From the human T2T-CHM13v2.0 reference genome, Homo sapiens, in NCBI RefSeq assembly GCF_009914755.1, contig NC_060945.1: a stretch of 64,000 nt of DNA; one strand, given 5' to 3'. Of the stretch, positions 45,717-59,161 are shown piece after piece; the first letter of the stretch is position 1; each line of letters opens with the position of its first letter. The position numbers and the translations under genes were made by a program. Under the pieces are notes generated by a model. That model had not been told where the DNA came from. It made no database searches and saw nothing but the letters and a program-made list of their open reading frames with translations.

Positions 45717-47819
45717 TGTGCCTCAAGGGCCCTAATCTTTAACCTAGGGAATATAATGATATTCTTACAGAAAATCATATCAAAGTGCTTTGTAGACTGC
45801 AAAGGGCTGCACAAATATTGTGTGGTTACTTCCTGTGTCCTGACAACTTGTGCCTGGATCCCTGATGTGATCATTTAGATCTGGTAGAAATACCAGGTGG
45901 AGTCAGCCTCCTAAAGATGGAACAGTGGGTAACAGGTGTAGAAGCTGGGGCATGAGGTGGTGGCGTGCTCTCCTTGCATGAAGGCCCTCTCTCCCCTGCT
46001 GCTCCCGCTGTTGGTGCTGATGTTCAGACTCATGGACAGTGAGCCCTACAATGTGTCATACCCCTGGGGCTGAGGGCAAGAGGGAAAGGGAACAATGGCC
46101 CACACCAAAATGTAAAAGGCCCTCCGGGAGTTCTGGTGTATAGGCCCTCCATGTAGCTGGAAATGATGGCCACAATTCCTCAGACGCCTGCCGGCTCTTT
46201 CTTCCACGTCTTTAGTAGGGGATCAACAAGGTCACTTACTGTAGGGAGTGATTTACTCCGCCTTCCCTGGATCACATCAGATTGATTCTAATCAGATATC
46301 TATGTACTGTTACTCCCTGAACAAGCATTTGGCAGTACTGGTAGTGGGGAGCCAAGATGGATTTAATTTCCTTTGGCCGATATGCTTCATTTTCATGATA
46401 ACATTTCTCAAAACTTAACGGAGGGGCTCTTGATTTCTGAATCTGCCCTTTTTTCTAGAAGGGTAAGGCAGGAAGGTAAGATCTCATTCTCAGATGATTA
46501 AGACCAGCACCCTCCTGCAGTATCCACGCTCCCACCCTGGGGCTTTCCTTTGAAATCAGCAAGAGTCTGTGTAGATGAAGAGATACGAGTCAGGAGCAGG
46601 TCCACATAGAAGCGGCTTTCCCATATTAATAATAATGTTTCACAATAATATCACTTTGGGTGCTTCCTCTACTCCTTGGAGCCATAGATAGTGGATTTAT
46701 TGACTTGTTTTCCTTTGACTTATGGCTCTTTCTCGTTATTTTCTGAGTGTGGTTTTGCTTTGCTTCCTGGAAAGGGAAACAGAAGTGGTTCTGGTGAATC
46801 CTGGGAGAGTAGAGCCTAGTTTTGAACTCTTACTCTCTTGATGACACGGCTGCTCAGAGGGAAGCGTGGCCAGAAGAACATGTTGGAGTTCCTTGCTCAT
46901 ATCCCTGTGAATATGGCCACATGTGGCTCTAGGCATTCAGTGGGTTCATGCAGTCTTTGGAACAGAACCCCACAAGGGGCTGACAAACAACCTTCTAAGG
47001 CTTGGGGAGTGCTGAACTGGACAAACCAGGGTTTAGAGCTTCCTCAGTGACATGCACCGAGTGGATCCAGTGGCCCCTCTTAGAGTCTCTCCAAAAGGAG
47101 GGGGGCCCTTCTTCCCTTTTTTGCATCTCCACTTCCCTCTCCCTAGGGCCCAGTGCTTTGTCTGACCTCCTCTCCCACTGGAAATTTAGAGGTTATGTGC
47201 ATTTCATCTATCAATGAATACAAAGAAGATGATTCCGAATCCGAGAACTGCTAAAATGGAATTTCAGGCATTTCCAGGGAGAGTTTAAATGGTAGAAAGG
47301 GCTGGATTTACCATTAGTGGCTATTAGTTTGATTCTACTAAGACAGCATTTCTATTTTGCTGTTGGGACTGAAACAAACCTCATTCATTTGACATGAAAA
47401 AAGTTGGGACAGTTTTGGTATCTCCTTAGCTGGCTCGGTTAAGTGTATGTGAGGGAGACCATTTTTCACGCCTGGCCGGCTCTGTGCTTAAGTGGCCCCA
47501 TCGCAGCCAGAGTAGCCTCATTACAGCTGAAGTCCCTGGTAGGTCTCCTCCTTCCTCTGAGCCCAGCGCAGTGCCAAGGCCGGGGACTCTGGCTGGCACT
47601 GGTGACACGCTGTCTTGTCCTGAAGACACGAGGTTGGGTTCGGCAGCTGGCTCCTCCGGGACAGGGCCCAGTGCACTGAGCTTAGCTGAGCCCTTCCCCT
47701 CACACCTGAAGTGTGGCACGAGGCTGGTCACTCAGAAGCAGCGAGTAGGGTGTCCTGGTGGGAAAAGCCTGGCTTTGTGCAGTCTCGGGGAAGGTTTTCA
47801 ATGCCATCTGAGCCTGTTT

Positions 47820-48830
47820 CCTCATCTCTAAGGCAGGGACCAGGTAGCCCGCCCCGCAGGGTAGTTGCAGGAAGCAGACATGTATCTGGGAGCAGCTGGC
47901 GAGTTCCTGGCATGCACTGCTCCCATCCGATTTCCGCAGATTTCCTGCTGGAACGTTCTCTCGGGCCTCAAGTTTTCCTGAGAGGACGACGTGGAGAGTG
48001 GAGACAAAGATGCTCAAAAGCCAGGAAATCGCAGGCTCGGAAGCCCCCACGCATGCCTCTGAACGCAGCGCCATCTCGGGGCTGCGGCGGGACCAAGCGG
48101 GACGCTTGCAGGCTGTCGGCGGCGGGGGCCGCGAGCCGCCGGCGTAGGCCGCTCCAGCTGGAAGACCCCACCGCTAGGGTTCCAGGGGGCTGCGGACGCT
48201 TCCGAGGGGCCCAAGGCGAAAGAACGCAGCCCGCTTGTCGGCCACGTGACCGTCCCCGTCCGCGTCCGCGTCCGCAGCGACCACGTGACTGTGCGTCCGC
48301 GGCGTCGATTGACTGGGAGCTCCCTGGCCACGCCCTAAGCGCCAGCCCCGGGCTTCGCGGGGCGGTGCTGCTGCGGTTGCCATGGCGTCTTCCGAGCGCG
48401 CAGGCGTGGGCCCAGAGTAACTTTTCGGGTATTTGCTACCGGCTCTCGGTAGGGCTGGTCACCTTTGCTTGCTGAGCTTCGCGCCCTGCGTCCTTTGGTC
48501 CCCAGCAACTTGCAGGGCAGCCGTCCCTCATGAGGCCCTCCAGCGAATGCCCTAAAGCTCCGAAGTTGCTCCGGAGGAAAACAGGCTTGCTCCGAGGGTG
48601 CACGTCCTTACTGCCCGTGACGTCGTGGTGCCTTGAGGGCACCCTTCTGGGAAGATCCTTGCAGAGGCCATGTCCCCTCTCCACGACATCCAAGCCCATT
48701 CCCAACTTGCTTTTCACTCCTGTCCCCCCGGGGAACGTCTACTGGACCTTAGGACAGCCCCTCACCCCCGTGCACCCCCCAGGTGGATCTGCAGCGAAAC
48801 CTCTGTGGTGACTCACAGTTGCTAGCATTG
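47820..48830. promoter_or_regulatory. CpG island / probable promoter
   Basis: High GC and CpG density. CCACGTGAC at 48242-48250 and 48281-48289, GC box ~48358-48366, X-box-like GTTGCCATGGCGTC 48376-48389, CRE-like TGACGTCG 48618-48625. Confidence 0.85.
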
Positions 48831-49035
48831 GTTATCTTCTTCCTGGCAGAAGGTGGCAGGCTGATGCTGTCGTCGTTCCTGTGTGTCTGACAAATCACAA
48901 ATATGAATTCAGATCGTCACAGCTGAGTCATGCCCAGGATTTCCATGAGCCCTGCTGGGGTGGCCAGCTTGAGCTCCCTTCCCCACAGCCTCCTCCAGCT
49001 CTGCAGCGCCAGGCACCAGTGTGACTCATGGGGGC
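48800..49035. promoter_or_regulatory. AP-1/ARE motif cluster
   Basis: TGACTCA 48809-48815, GCTGAGTCAT 48922-48931, TGACTCA 49022-49028. Confidence 0.5.
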
Positions 49036-49831
49036 CTGTGGAAGCCGGGGCTGCTCAGTGGGGCTGAGTCTAGGAGGGGGAGAGAGAGAAAGGGAGCCCA
49101 TCAACAATTACAGTGCAAACGCCGCAGCTGCCACCACCGAGTGCCTCCAGTTAGGAACTGGTTTGTGAAATTCATTACCCTATGAGACGAGTTTTATCTC
49201 TGTTTCACTCAAGAGGATTCTGAGGCTCAGGAGGTTGTGAATGACTCGGGGAAGCACAGCTGGTAGGTGGCAGGGTTGAAATTTGAATCCAGGTCATTCT
49301 GACCCAGGAGTTCAGACTTTTTCCCAGCCCAGCCTTTCCACTCGACCTCAATTAGCACAGTCATGCTGGGTGCCAAAGCTATTTACTTTGCTTGCGGGAG
49401 TCCAGGAGCTGGCTCCTAATGGCTCCATTTGAAATGGTTTTTTAGGCAAAGGAGACTAGATGAACGTGGAGGAGAGGGAAAGTATTTAGGCGCGAAGATG
49501 CTACAGAACAGGCTTATTCCAGTGCACCTCCAAACCCAGGCGTGGTGTTCTTCCTTCTCGTGCCTTACTTTTACATCCCCAGCCACTGCTTGGTATCACC
49601 TGGTTGTCCTCTGGGCACCTGAAGCTCAGCATTTCCCAGGATGAATATTTGCTTTTCCCTGCCATATCTGTCTGCCCTGAGTGAGTCAGTATCAGCGGCC
49701 ATGTGACCGTCCGTGTCTGCAGCGTCCTCCCCCCATCCCAATATTCTTGCAGGCAGTCAGGCTTTGAAGACCAGGTTGTCTCTTGTTAACTTGAAAATCA
49801 CACAATCTAGAAATTTGGACCAGGAGACTTT

Positions 49832-50759
49832 CTTTCTTTCCTTTCTTCCTTCCTTTTTTTTTTTCTTTTTTTTTTTTTTTTTTGACAAAGTCTTGCTCTG
49901 TCGCCCAGGCTGGAGTGCAGTGTGGCTCGATCTCGGCCCACTGCAACCTCTGCCTCCCGGGTTCAAGCGATCCTCGTGCCTCAGCCTCCCGAGTAGCTAG
50001 GATTATGGGCGCCCGCCACCATGCCTGGCTAATTTTTGTATTTTAGTAGACACAGAGTTTCACTTTTTTTTTTTCAAATAGAGACAGTGTTACTGGTGGA
50101 GGGTGTCCAGGTTCTTGGCGTCTTGTACAAAGAACTGGGCAAAACCCACAAACACAGCAAGGAAAGAACGAAGCAACAAAAGCAGAGATTTATTGAAAAC
50201 GAAAGTACACTCCACAAGATGGGATCAGACCCGAGCATAGGGACTAAGAGCCTGGTTTCAGAATTTTCTGGGGTTTAAATGCCCTCTAGAGGTTTCCCAT
50301 TGGCCACTTGCTGTACACCCATGCAAATGAAGTAGTGGCTTGCAATCTACTGTAACTACAAAGTGAAGTTACAAAGGTTACACACTATGCAAACGTCTGA
50401 TTAGTTGTGGAAAGCAACCAATCAGCGGCTAAAGTGAAGTTACAAAGTTACACTTCTATGTAAACAAAGACTTAGCCTGCAATCAGTCTGTCTGGTTGTA
50501 GAAAATGGGAAAGTATGGAGGGTTTATCTCTGGTCCTTTTGTTACTTTGTTGTGGAAAGTTGGGGTTTTCCTTTTGATTTAGTTCTAGGAAGTCAACATG
50601 AGTTGGCCTTAGGTTCCCTGCTTCTAGACCCCATTCTCCTGCCTCAACAGGGTCTTACTATGTTGGCTAGGTTGGTCTTGAACTCTTGGCCTCAAGCAGT
50701 CCTCCTGTCTCGGCCTCCCTAAGTGCTAGGATTACAGGCGTGAGCCCCCACGCCTGCAG
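49832..50759 (-). mobile_element. Alu composite (truncated AluS plus older left monomer) split by MER51A
   Basis: TSD aggagacttt (49822-49831 / 50760-50769). Confidence 0.85.
50088..50646 (-). mobile_element. MER51A-like ERV1 solo LTR
   Basis: TG...CA ends, 4-bp TSD acag, ggccttaggttccctgc...ttctcctgcctca terminus. Confidence 0.85.
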
Positions 50760-51369
50760 AGGAGACTTTATTTCTTATAAGGGGTTATAGGCTGCAGGGT
50801 GGCCATCCTGTAGGCTGGGAAGAGCCTCCTTCAAAGACCAGAGACAGGCCCTCTGGGGGAAGAAGGGGTAAGTCAGAAATTTAAGTTGAACATGTTGACC
50901 AAATGTACATATTCAACAGATTATCAGAGGAGATGTGAGTATTTATGAAGGGGGTCCTGACACATGCATATTGAACAAACGTGCATGTAACATACAACCC
51001 ATGTTCATTTGGGGTGGAAAATAACATTTGAATGTATTACAATTAGCCCCTATAGGTCAAAAGTTCCTTTTAGGACACAAAAGCACTCAAGTGTGCACCC
51101 TCTGTAAACTGGCTAGGACTAGTTCATGATTGGATTGGTGGTGTCTCATCTAGAGAAAGTTACTGACATCAGTGTCTTGTACAATCAAAGGTGTAGTTAT
51201 GGCTGGGCAGTTAGTCTGTGCCTTATCTGCGTGAGCTGCAAATTGTTTTAATATTGCTTATCCTGAGACCAGTGCTTATTTAGACGGTAGAGAAAAAGAA
51301 AAATTCTGTGGCTGTTAGAACAGAATTTATTCTTTAAGCATAGAGGTGAGTGATTCAACCCTTGCTTGG

Positions 51370-51933
51370 TGTAAGGAACATGGTTGTGCTTTGGTCAAGG
51401 ATAGGCCAAGGTGGGATGTTTACATCCTGCGTGACTCAGGGAGTTTAGAGCGCAGGCGTATAACTCCACTTGTTATCGCATCCACGGAGCCATAACATGG
51501 GAAGGCCGTCCCTTGGCATTAAGCCACTATTGTCTGTAAAAGGTATAATTGCCCTGCCGACACTGTACAGGTGCTGGCACCCAGAGAAAGAGAGAGAGCC
51601 AGAGCTGTCCATCTTTGCAGATGGACAGAGGGGAACCAGGACACAGCTTGGCTCACTGGCGCCCAGAGAGAGACGGAGTTAAGCTGCCAACCTTGAAGGC
51701 AAGGGAGAGCTGGCTGCGCAGCTGTGTGTGTGGGAGCTACCAGACTAAGCAGCCGAGACAGGGCGGACAGTGTGAGAAAGCTGTTGATGAAAGCTGCTGT
51801 TGAATAAAACCATATTCACCTGCCTACCACCCCATGACTGTTCTTTCTGCTCATCTACCCACTCCCTTTGGACCTCAGCATGGGCTGGAACCTGACCCCA
51901 AGTGTGACATTTGGCATAGTTGTGAGCCTGACA
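51370..51933 (+). mobile_element. LTR18-like ERVL solo LTR
   Basis: tgtaaggaacatgg...AATAAA (~51803)...cctgaca; 5-bp TSD cttgg/cctgg. Confidence 0.75.
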
Positions 51934-52357
51934 CCTGGCGTGGCCATAGGTCTTATTTATAGTTTGATGTCTTATTTATAGTGTGATATCTTATTGTCAC
52001 AGAATCTGTTGTCCTATGATCTCTATTTTAGCATTAATGCTCATCAGCTGTGTCTAAACCGCAAAATGGGAGGCGTTAACGAGGCATGTCTGCCTGCCCA
52101 TCCTGTCATGGCTGGGAACTCAATTTTTAAGGTTTTTCAGGGGTCCCTTTGGCCAAGAGAGGGCTCGTTTAATTTGTGGGGAGCACTTAGGATTTTATTT
52201 TTAGCTTACACTCTGAAGCTCCTGCTCACATCCAATTGTATGAAAACAAGCTTTTCATGTATTTCGTCTAGTAATTTTTTTAAATTTTATGTTTTTGCAG
52301 CAGAAGGATTCCTCTGGTTCTCCATCACGGCCAGAAGCATAATTTGATGACAGCATT

Positions 52358-52678
52358 TTTTTTTTTTTTTTGAGACAGAGTCTTGCTCTGTCACCCAGGC
52401 TGGAGGGCAGTGGTGTCACCCAGGCTGGAGGGCAGTGGTATGACCTTGGTTCACTGCAACCCCCACCTCACAGGTTCAAGTGATTCTCCTGCCTCAGCCT
52501 CCTGAGTAGCTGGGATTACAGGTGTACGCTGCCACTCCCAGCTAATTTTTTGTATTTTAGTAGAGACGGGGTTTCACCGTGTTGCCCAGGCTGGTCTTGA
52601 ACTCCTGAGCTCAGGCAATCCACCCACCTTGGCTTCCCAAAGTGCTAGGATTACAGGTGTGAGCCACCGCGCTCAGCC
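52358..52678 (-). mobile_element. AluS with internal 25-bp tandem duplication
   Basis: TSD gatgacagcatt; duplication 52389-52438. Confidence 0.93.
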
Positions 52679-53527
52679 GATGACAGCATTCTTTTCGATC
52701 ATTTTCTTTTCTGCTGTTCAGACACTGCTAATGGCTTGTAGTTTCCCGTGATACTAATGAGACAGGCTAGTTTATTAGTGTTTTGTTCTCTTTTTTCTAT
52801 CTCCTCCCCATGCCCATTCTGAGCAGATAGCTGTACTCTTCACATGTCCTTGCTTCAAGAAACTGGTTGAAGACCACCCTTCGTCCAGCCTTGTGTGAGT
52901 CTGAGCTTGTTGAAGAGACTTTGCCACAAGTTTAGTGGTGGGAGAGGGGGAAAAGGAGTGCTTTTGAGGTCTGGGAAGGAGAAGAAGATATTTTAGAACC
53001 GACTCTCACACCTCGTGCCTCCCAGCAGGGCCTCGAGGGTGTGGTGAGACACCAGGACCACACAGCCTTGGGACCAAAGCTGTGCCTGATGTGATACAGG
53101 TCTCCATAAAGGTTTGCCAAACAAGCAAGTTAGTACTTACAATTTCCCATGACTGTCACTCAGATTACGTGTGCCTAAATAACTTGCCCATCGCTTAAAA
53201 GAGAAACCCCATAAATGTCCTTTGATCCATTTATGCCTCAAGACTGTTGTCATTGTCATTGTCATTATTGTCATGTTCTCAAATATTTTTGCCTGGAGAG
53301 TTTTCCTGTCTGAGGACTTTTCACATGTAGAAGAATTACTTCTCATTCTTCCTGTTGAAATTACTCTCAAATCTTTTCTGACAGAGTTGCAAACACACTG
53401 ACAGCTCCCGAATGATCTGATACAGGATCCTTAATAGGCATGGAAGTGTTCGCCAGACAGAGGGGTCCTGCCCTTGCTGATCTGAGCTGGTTCTGTGTTA
53501 GAGACTCCGTGGGCGTCTGTTTGACAG

Positions 53528-53599
53528 GATCTGCCAGGAGCTGAAGAATAACTTTCCTGATCTGGAAGAGCAAATCTCAGATATTTTGCACATTTGCAG
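53528..53599 (+). other. Candidate frame-preserving exon (72 nt) encoding ICQELKNNFPDLEEQISDILHIC
   Basis: ctgtttgacag acceptor, CAG|gtattt donor, symmetric phase 2-2, no stop, unique sequence. Confidence 0.4.
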
Positions 53600-54116
53600 G
53601 TATTTTAAAACAGTTTCTGTAAGATGCCAACATTACTTTTCCAGTATTTTGAAGTTCTCCAGTGTTTACTGAGAAGAGCTCAGTTGTGTTTATACCGAAT
53701 TTCAGGTGGGTTTCTTGACCGCGCCTCTCACTTCATCACCAGCTTTGCTCTGGGCCCCTAACTGTACTCCTCCTGAGGGTCCCGCGGATTCAGGTGACTG
53801 GTGCCCTTCAGGTTTCATTTGTGAGGACCTATTCTTCTTCCTGGGACTTTGGCTTGTGTCTTTCTTCTGCTAAACCAAATTTGCCACTTCCTCTAAGATT
53901 CTGTTCCAAACTCTCTCATCTCAGGAACGTTTCCTGAAAACCCGACTCCCTGTGCTGATTTTTCCTGATGAGCCTTCCCTATGCCCTTGGTAAAATGAAG
54001 TTTGACAAACACAACTATGTTTATGAACATTTGCATTCATATAACTTTTCTCTTCTCTTGAATTATTTGCTTAATAATCCTCCAGGAGTGAATTTACTGG
54101 ATGAAAGCATTTCAAC

Positions 54117-54424
54117 TTTTTTTTTTTTTTTTTTTTTTTTGTGAGATAAGGTCTTGTTCTGTCACCCAGGCTGGAGTGCAGTGGCACAATCATAACTCAC
54201 TACAGCCTTGACCTCCGGCTTCAAGCAGTCCTCCCACCTCAGCCTCCCGAGTAGCTGGGACTACAGGCACACACCACCACACCCAGCTTATTTTTGTATT
54301 TTTTATAGAGACAGGGTTTCCCCATATTGCCCAGGCTGGTCTTGAACTTTTGGGCTCAAGTGATCTGCCTGACGCAGCCTCCCCAAGTGCTGGGATTACA
54401 GGCATGAGCCACCCTGCCTGGTCG
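54117..54424 (-). mobile_element. AluJ
   Basis: polyT plus reverse dimer. Confidence 0.93.
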
Positions 54425-54447
54425 CATTTAGACATTTTTATGGGTGA

Positions 54448-54845
54448 TTGAATTCATTCATTAAAAAAGTATTTGTTGAGCATCTGTAGGGTGCCAAGAC
54501 TGTGCTGGTAGCTAGGGTGTGACAGTGACTCATAGTGACCTCTTATCCTTCCTAGAACCTACCCCTAGGAGTGGGAGAAGACCACAACCAAAGAAGCAAA
54601 TGGACACACGGACTATCAGATGAAAGGCAGCTACACAGGAAAATAAAGCAGTGCAGCAGGATTGGAGGTGCTTGTGGTGAGAGGAGGTAGGGAGTTGCTT
54701 TTTACATGGGGAGATCAGGGAAGGCCTCAGTAAGGAGGTGATATTTGAATAGAGAGAGACCTGGGAGAGGAAAGAGAGTGAGCCCTGTTGATATATAAGG
54801 GTAGAATGACTCTGGCAGAGCGGTTAGTGCAAAGGTCTTGTGGCA
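54448..54845 (-). mobile_element. L2 3' fragment
   Basis: attcattcatt...tatttgttgagcatct..gtgccaagactgtgct...tcagggaaggcctc. Confidence 0.8.
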
Positions 54846-54917
54846 GAAAACACCCTTTTGGACTTCCATTGTGAATGTCTTGGGACACTTGATGGTGTCC
54901 CACAGGTCTCTGAGGCT

Positions 54918-55215
54918 TTGTTTGTTTATTTATTTATTTAGAGACAGGGTCTTGCTCTGTTGCCCAGGCTGGAGTGCAGTGGTGCAATCATGGTTCACTG
55001 CAGCCTCAAACTCTTGGGATCAAGTGATCCTCCCACCTCAGCCTCCTGAGTAGCTGGGACCACAGTTGCACACCACCATGCTCAGCTAATTTCTTATTTT
55101 TTGTAGAGATGAGGTCTTGTTTTGTTGTCTAGGCTAGTCTCAAACTCTTGGAGTCAAGCAATCCTCTCTCCTTGGTCTCCTAAAGTGCTGGGATTAAAGG
55201 TATGAGCCACTGGCC
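54918..55215 (-). mobile_element. AluJ
   Basis: Reverse dimer. Confidence 0.92.
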
Positions 55216-55250
55216 AATAAATCATTTTAAAAAATCATTTTTTCCCTTTC

Positions 55251-55612
55251 TGTTATGGACTGAATGTTTGTGACCCAACCCCCAAATTCATATGTTGAAA
55301 CCCCAATCCCTAATGTGGTGGCATTTGGAGGCGGGGTCTTTGGGAGGTAATTGGGTTTGAATGAATCTCGAGGTGGAGCCGGTGAAGGGATTGGTGCTTT
55401 TATAAGGAGGTGAAGGGACCAGAGCTCTCTCTGCCATGTGAGGATATGGCAAGGAAGCAGCTATCTGCAAGCTTGGGACCAAAGCTAAGAAAAGACTATG
55501 CTGCCACTCTGATCTCAGACTTTGAGCCTTGAGAACTGTGAGAAATACAGAGTTATCGCTGAAGCCACCCTGTCTGTGGCATTCTGTTGTAGCAGCTGGA
55601 ACTGACTAAGAC
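55251..55612 (+). mobile_element. MLT1A-like MaLR LTR
   Basis: tgttatggactgaatgtttg...aaattcatatgttgaa...gactaagaca. Confidence 0.88.
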
Positions 55613-55614
55613 AG

Positions 55615-56997
<1,383 letters not shown>

Positions 56998-57223
56998 CAA
57001 ATCCCATCTTAATTCAACTCACCTGCACGCTTTCAGACCTCTCTTGGTCTTTGCCCCTCTGTGGTAACTATTGCATTTCTAGAACACTGGACTTAATTCC
57101 CAAGCCCTTCTTCACATCCAGGCATTCTAGGACAGGAAGAAACTGCTGTCTGATTCTATAATTATCACACTTTCCATGGCTGAGTGAAGTTTTGACAGAA
57201 CTTTTATTCAAATGTTATACCCT

Positions 57224-57657
57224 TGTTAAAGCAAACTAAATATGGCTTGAGAAGGACTCCGTACTTCTATATTTTAGTCCTTGTGGATGAACTGCAAACT
57301 AACTTCATAGGTAGACAAGATTGAGACCCTGATTTCAGAGTATGCACACCTGTAACAATAGCTGAATCTTGGCCAATCCCAGCAGCCGTACTTCAACCAC
57401 TCAAACACTGCTGAGTGTTCACACTATGTTCAAATAAGGCCAACACCGAGCCATAACCAATCCAGCTGTTTCTGTACCTCGCCTCTGATTTCTGTACATC
57501 GCTTTACTCTTTTTGTTTATAAATGTGCTCTGACTACGAGGCACCCTGGGAGTCTTTCTGAATCTGCTGTGATTCTGGGGGCTGCCAGATTCGTAGATCA
57601 TTCATTGCTCAATTAAACTCCTTTAAACTTAATTCAGCTGAAGTATTTCTCTTAACA
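57224..57657 (+). mobile_element. MER57-like ERV1 solo LTR
   Basis: tgttaaagcaaactaaatatggc...ATTAAA...ttaaca. Confidence 0.85.
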
Positions 57658-57713
57658 CACTTTATGTCTAACCTTTCCAGTTTCTTGATGCACCTTTTAA
57701 AAATTGAAGAACA

Positions 57714-58055
57714 GGCTGGGTGCAGTGGCTCATGTCTCTAGTCCCAGCACTTTGGGAGGCCGAGGTGGGCGGATCATGAGGTCAAAAGATCGAGACCATC
57801 CTGGCCAACATGATGAAACCCCATGTAGTAGGGTCTTTAGTAGAGATGTCTCTACTAAAAATACAAAAATTAGCTGGGCATGGTGTCATGTGCCTGTAGT
57901 CCCAGCTACTCAGGAGGCTGAGGCAGGAGAATCGCTTGAACCCAGGAGGCAGAGGTTGCAGTGAGCCAAGATCGTGTCACTGCACTCCAGCCTGGTGACA
58001 GAGTGAGTCGACTCTGTCTCAAAAATAAATTAAATAAATAAATAAATAAATAAAT
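57714..58055 (+). mobile_element. AluSc-like with fold-back insertion and (TAAA)n tail
   Basis: TSD aaattgaagaaca. Confidence 0.93.
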
Positions 58056-58483
58056 AAATTGAAGAACAGATGTAGGGAGCTAACACTTCACTGGGGTGTA
58101 CGTGAAAATCCCAGAGAGGCCAGAGCGAGAGCTCAAGGGATTGAGGAGGGAAGGAAGGAAACTCATGGAAGGGGGTGAGTTACTGATCTGGTCCCAGCTT
58201 CTCTAGGATGGCCAACTGGTTGCTGCTGGGGAGGCTGTTTGGCCACGCTGTTTGTCAGAATGCTCCGCAGGAGGGGGAGTGGGAAGGATGCATCCAGTGG
58301 AAACCCCCATCTGTCTCCTCTCATCAAAATTCTCTTCTCAGGGGGAATTTTCATTAACTCTCCACAGCTCTGGGTCCCCCTCCCTACCCAGGAAGCCCGA
58401 GGGGTTAGGCTCTTTCTCAGGATACCCCTTCTCTGGGCAGCCTGGCTCCTTTCTCTCTGTTTTTTAAAAAAAATTCATTTTCT

Positions 58484-58620
58484 GGCCAGGTGCCCTGGCT
58501 CATGCCTATAATCCCAGCACTTTGGGAGGCCGAGGCGGGAGGATTGCTTGGGCCCAGGAGTTCAAGAGCAGCCTGGGCAACACAGTGAGACCCCATCTCT
58601 ACAAAAAATTTAAAAAAATT
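58484..58620 (+). mobile_element. FLAM / Alu left monomer
   Basis: Single monomer with A tail. Confidence 0.88.
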
Positions 58621-59161
58621 TTTTTTCTTTCAGGATGGGCCCTGTAGAGTGCATTTCTCACAGGGAGCACATGTTTTGGGTGCTGTCTTTCCATAGGGCC
58701 CTTCTGACTGGCGGGTGAACCTCTGTGACTTTCTGCTTCTGAGTGGTCTTGGTGGGACTTCCCCCACTTGGGAAGGCTGTTCCTTTCTTTCATGTAACCG
58801 AAGCTGGGATCTTGGGGTAGAAAGAGTCAAGGGCCATGCAAGCAGCCCTGGCAAGGCCAGGCTGCGGGAGGGGTGACATCTGCTGTGTTTCCCCCATTGC
58901 TTACCCCTCAAACCCGTGGTTCCTGTGTTCTGGTCAGTTCTGCCTCTGGCTGGCCTCACAGACCCTGCATGTCTAGAGCATGCCCTTGGGCTCGTTCCTG
59001 GGAGAAGAATGGCCACATCAGGACAGACACCTGCCTGTCTACTAAGAAACACGTCCCCATGGCCCTGAGTCCCCCTTGCCTCACCTGTGTCATATCCTGC
59101 ATTTCTGGCCCTGCCTCCTTCTTAGCTCAGCTCTGCAAAGAACCTTAGAGAACATTTGGAA

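Larger units (their letters stand above)
49784..52210 (-). mobile_element. MER4-group (MER49-like) ERV1 LTR hosting nested insertions
   Basis: Ends tgttaacttgaaaatcac... and ...ttaggattttatttttagcttaca; sequence resumes across each insert. Confidence 0.7.

Noticed and set aside
47711-48475. 254-aa ORF across the CpG island
   Set aside because: Non-ATG start; Arg/Pro/Ala/Gly-rich low-complexity peptide expected from stop-poor GC-rich DNA; no recognisable domain
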